Source: Saccharofermentanales bacterium (GTDB taxonomy: Bacteria; Bacillota; Clostridia; Saccharofermentanales; DTU023). Taken from it: a DNA stretch of 64,000 bases. The stretch's first letter is position 1; every line of letters starts with the position of its first letter. Shown piece by piece: positions 61,435 through 64,000 of the stretch. Position numbers and translations under genes: made by a program. Location of the stretch: NCBI GenBank assembly GCA_050951845.1, contig JBMNJV010000001.1:712304-776303 (forward strand), read 5' to 3'. The notes beneath the pieces were generated by a model. The model saw only the letters and a program-made list of their open reading frames with translations. It had not been told where the DNA came from and ran no database searches.

Positions 61435-62391
61435 TTAATTTACAATATTTTTTTCTTCACCGGCGGCAAAAGATAAAGTATTATCAAAAGCAATAGCTGC
61501 CCGGCGAACCATCGCCTCTTTTGTCAAGAAAGCAATGTGAGGAGTTAAAAGTACATTTTTTGCCTGAACCAGCGGATAATCGGACGGGATGGGCGGCTCC
61601 ATGTCAAAGACATCGATACCTGCAAAAGCAATTTTTCCTTCATTGAGCAGATCCGCGAGTGCTTGATTGTCTACAATAGGTCCCCGGGCACAATTAATGA
61701 AAATTGCATCCTTTTTCATCAGCCCGAGCAAATCTCTGCTGATATAACCTCGAGTATGTTCATTCATGGCTAAATTTAAGGAAATAATATCGGATTCTTT
61801 CATCAGATCTTCGATTGACACATATCGGATTCCCATATCAATCGCATCTTGTTTTTCCGTACGTGAAGCAGCGATTACCTTTGCCCCGAAAGCTTGGAAT
61901 AGCCTTGCTGTTTCTAAACCGATTTTCCCGGTGCCGATAATTCCGACTGTTTTGTCCTTAATCTCCATTCCGGTATAATAATCGGCGGGAGTTTTACCTT
62001 CTCTTGTTGCACGATCACTTTCATTAATCATTCGATAAATGTTGATGACCATTCCGATGGTGAGCTCGGCAACCGAAGTATTGGAATAACCTGCTGCATT
62101 GCAGACCTTGATACCTTTTTCTGCTGCAAGTTTTACATTGACATGGTCAAATCCTGTAAAAGCTACATTAATGAGCTTGAGATTTTCTGCTTGCTCAATG
62201 ACACTATCGGGAAGAGGAGTGTTGGCAATCATAAGAATTTCAGCATCCTCAGATCTTTCTAAAAACTCATCTTCTGTCTTTGCTTTGTCCGTATAATAGA
62301 CAAACTCATGGCCCGCTTTTTCTATTTCTTCTTTGTAATGAAGAAGAAGTTCTTCAGAAATAGAGAGGGGTTCGATTAGTTTAATTTTCAT
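61435..62391 (-). CDS. D-isomer-specific 2-hydroxyacid dehydrogenase family protein
   Basis: NAD fold GIIGTGKIGLETARLF. The catalytic R..E..H context (CARG..VD, TPHIAF) is present. Confidence 0.85.
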   Translation of the reverse strand: MKIKLIEPLSISEELLLHYKEEIEKAGHEFVYYTDKAKTEDEFLERSEDAEILMIANTPLPDSVIEQAENLKLINVAFTGFDHVNVKLAAEKGIKVCNAAGYSNTSVAELTIGMVINIYRMINESDRATREGKTPADYYTGMEIKDKTVGIIGTGKIGLETARLFQAFGAKVIAASRTEKQDAIDMGIRYVSIEDLMKESDIISLNLAMNEHTRGYISRDLLGLMKKDAIFINCARGPIVDNQALADLLNEGKIAFAGIDVFDMEPPIPSDYPLVQAKNVLLTPHIAFLTKEAMVRRAAIAFDNTLSFAAGEEKNIVN

Positions 62392-62623
62392 GGTTCCTCC
62401 TTCGAAATCTTAATAGTGAATCGTATACGCAAACTATATCACTCTGAATTAATTGTAATAGTGTGCCCGACTTTGTGTCAATGATCACACTCGTACGTGT
62501 TCTCATCGGTTTTTTTAGACCAAATCTGCTTGAGGATGTTTCAGGTGGTGAGATGAGGGAAATGCTATAATAGATATGGATCATCACATTATGAACATTA
62601 CATCAGGGAAGGAGGACTTTAAG

Positions 62624-63328
62624 ATGAAGGAATTTATTCAAGCCCTGCGTTCCTCAAAGTATCTTCTGGCATTTACGGGTGCCGGAATGGATACCGAAAG
62701 CAATCTGCCGGATTTCAGGGGACCCCGCGGTCTGTGGAGAAATCATGATCCGAGGAAGCTGGCAAGCATTCAGTCTCTTCATAACAATTACTCCCTGTTT
62801 CGCGAGTTCTATATCCGGAGAATCGCAAGTCTCGGGAAAGCCTCTCCGCACAAAGGTCACAAAATTCTGGCGGATTGGGAAAAGGTCGGATTTCTCAAAG
62901 GGATTATTACCCAAAATGTCTCGGGCCTTCATGCGGCAGCGGGAAGTAAAAATGTCATTGAGCTTCACGGAAGTATCAGGCGAGTGTTCTGTCTTGAGTG
63001 TGGAGCAGAGTATATGGAGGCAGATTTTATTGAAGGGAAAAAATGTGACTGCGGGGGTCTTCTGAGGCCTGGTGTCACACTTTTCGGAGAGCAGCTCCCT
63101 CAGGAGGCATACCGGCGCGCAGTCGATGAGCTTACTCAGGCGGATATGATACTGATCCTGGGTACCAGTCTTGAAGTATTTCCCGCAGCACAGCTTCCTT
63201 TCATGTATTCCATGAAAAGAGCATATGTTGATCTTGAGGCATATCCGGATCAAAGAATTGATTATGTTTTCAAAGAGAAAATAGGACCTTTTCTAAAGAA
63301 GACGGCTCATCTGCTTAAGGATACCTGA
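62624..63328 (+). CDS. cobB: NAD-dependent protein deacylase (Sir2/CobB family)
   Basis: GAGMDTESNLPDFRG, QNVSGLH, HGS, and the Zn ribbon CLECG...CDCGG. ATG 62624 follows GGAAGGAGG. Confidence 0.85.
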   Translation: MKEFIQALRSSKYLLAFTGAGMDTESNLPDFRGPRGLWRNHDPRKLASIQSLHNNYSLFREFYIRRIASLGKASPHKGHKILADWEKVGFLKGIITQNVSGLHAAAGSKNVIELHGSIRRVFCLECGAEYMEADFIEGKKCDCGGLLRPGVTLFGEQLPQEAYRRAVDELTQADMILILGTSLEVFPAAQLPFMYSMKRAYVDLEAYPDQRIDYVFKEKIGPFLKKTAHLLKDT

Positions 63329-63556
63329 TATCCTGTTTTTAATATGTTCCCGGAAAATGGCTTGTACCCCTATTCCGAGTGCATCAACCACCCGTGATCT
63401 CTGAGCTGCTGCATCTAATCCCGAAAAAATGGCCGGCACCCCTATTCCGAGTGCATTAACCACAGCAGGAAGTGTATTTGAGAAATCTGCGGATTCCGTC
63501 CGGGAATCAGATATTTTTCTATGAAAATCGGATTTATAAATATTTCTAGTATATTT

Positions 63557-64000
63557 CTAGCGGTAAATGACCAGGGGTTTCTTTTTCGGAACGCTTCTCT
63601 GATAGCGCACTGCAGGATGACCTATTATAAGTGATGCCTGGGCAGCGGCGTTTTCCCCGACGGCAAAAAACTCCTTAAGAGCAGAGGATGCATTGACAGC
63701 TCTGGTCGTAAATCCGCTGTAAACCATGCCTAGGCCGAGAGCGTAGACCATGCTTTCCATATGTGCAGCCGCAATGCAGGCATTGATGTTGGATGGTGAA
63801 AAAACCACGATTACGAGAGGGGCATCGAAAAACAAAAGATCCGGAGCGCCGGGGACATTCAGATCTTGATACATCTTCTTCCACTTTTCTGCATAACGGG
63901 TCATATTGGGTATTTTTTTCTGCTCTTCACTGAGATCGCTGATTTCATACAGTGACTCGACTGCCAGTTTTCTTACATATGAAAGATGCTCTTCAATTAC
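63557..64000 (-). CDS. Nitroreductase family protein, 5' end beyond the window
   Basis: The frame stays open from the track Met (63904) up to position 64000 (VIEEHLSYVRKLAVESLYEISDLSEEQKKIPN-M...), so the true start lies outside the window. Confidence 0.6.
   Translation of the reverse strand, partial: VIEEHLSYVRKLAVESLYEISDLSEEQKKIPNMTRYAEKWKKMYQDLNVPGAPDLLFFDAPLVIVVFSPSNINACIAAAHMESMVYALGLGMVYSGFTTRAVNASSALKEFFAVGENAAAQASLIIGHPAVRYQRSVPKKKPLVIYR

Overview
This looks like a low-GC Firmicutes (Clostridia-like anaerobe) chromosomal segment. I saw no rRNA, tRNA, CRISPR array, transposase or integrase. All calls are by eye from the sequence and ORF track; no searches were run.

Gene content, left to right:
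- **Iron uptake:** feoA, feoB and a 54-aa Cys-rich mini-ORF that is below the ORF-track cutoff.
- **Metal ABC operon:** troABCD-like. Its last permease carries a C-terminal DtxR-like winged helix. Its promoter and the feo promoters share a GTTAG-N6-CTAAC palindrome (5 copies).
- **c-di-GMP turnover:** four consecutive genes. Two are membrane GGDEF cyclases. Two are convergent ~1,035-aa paralogues (polytopic sensor, GAF-like region, degenerate GGDEF, intact EAL).
- **Giant surface protein:** an 11.5-kb gene encoding 3,836 aa built from nested repeats (24 bp x ~33; 543/540 bp x 10 near-identical; 501 bp x 3.5; EPTP x ~14). It ends in a three-TM anchor rather than LPXTG.
- **Best candidate for an undescribed system:** a GC-rich minus-strand operon at 29.9-36.2 kb, convergent to the giant gene. 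It encodes a SARP/BTAD regulator with a degenerate GGDEF-like C-terminal domain, a transglutaminase-like lipoprotein, a GspF/PilC platform protein, four small N-terminally anchored proteins, and a PilT-type ATPase as the only motor. One small protein has a pilin-like YFLVELLV helix but Arg at -1. No PilB, prepilin peptidase or canonical pilin lies in the window.
- **Right half:** PdaA-like deacetylase lipoprotein; ECF sigma/anti-sigma pair; MFS transporter; BlaI/BlaR1-like pair; a 92-bp x 3.6 structured tandem repeat; and an internalin-like LRR protein with an MPSTG sorting signal.
- **PucR-linked catabolic cluster:** SDR, CodA-like amidohydrolase with the deaminase catalytic Glu and Asp replaced, NCS1 permease and amidase.
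- **Remainder:** electron-bifurcating HydABC [FeFe]-hydrogenase, a lipoprotein, a 2-hydroxyacid dehydrogenase, a Sir2 deacylase and a nitroreductase gene truncated by the window edge.

Several genes end in tandem duplications that overlap their stop codons.
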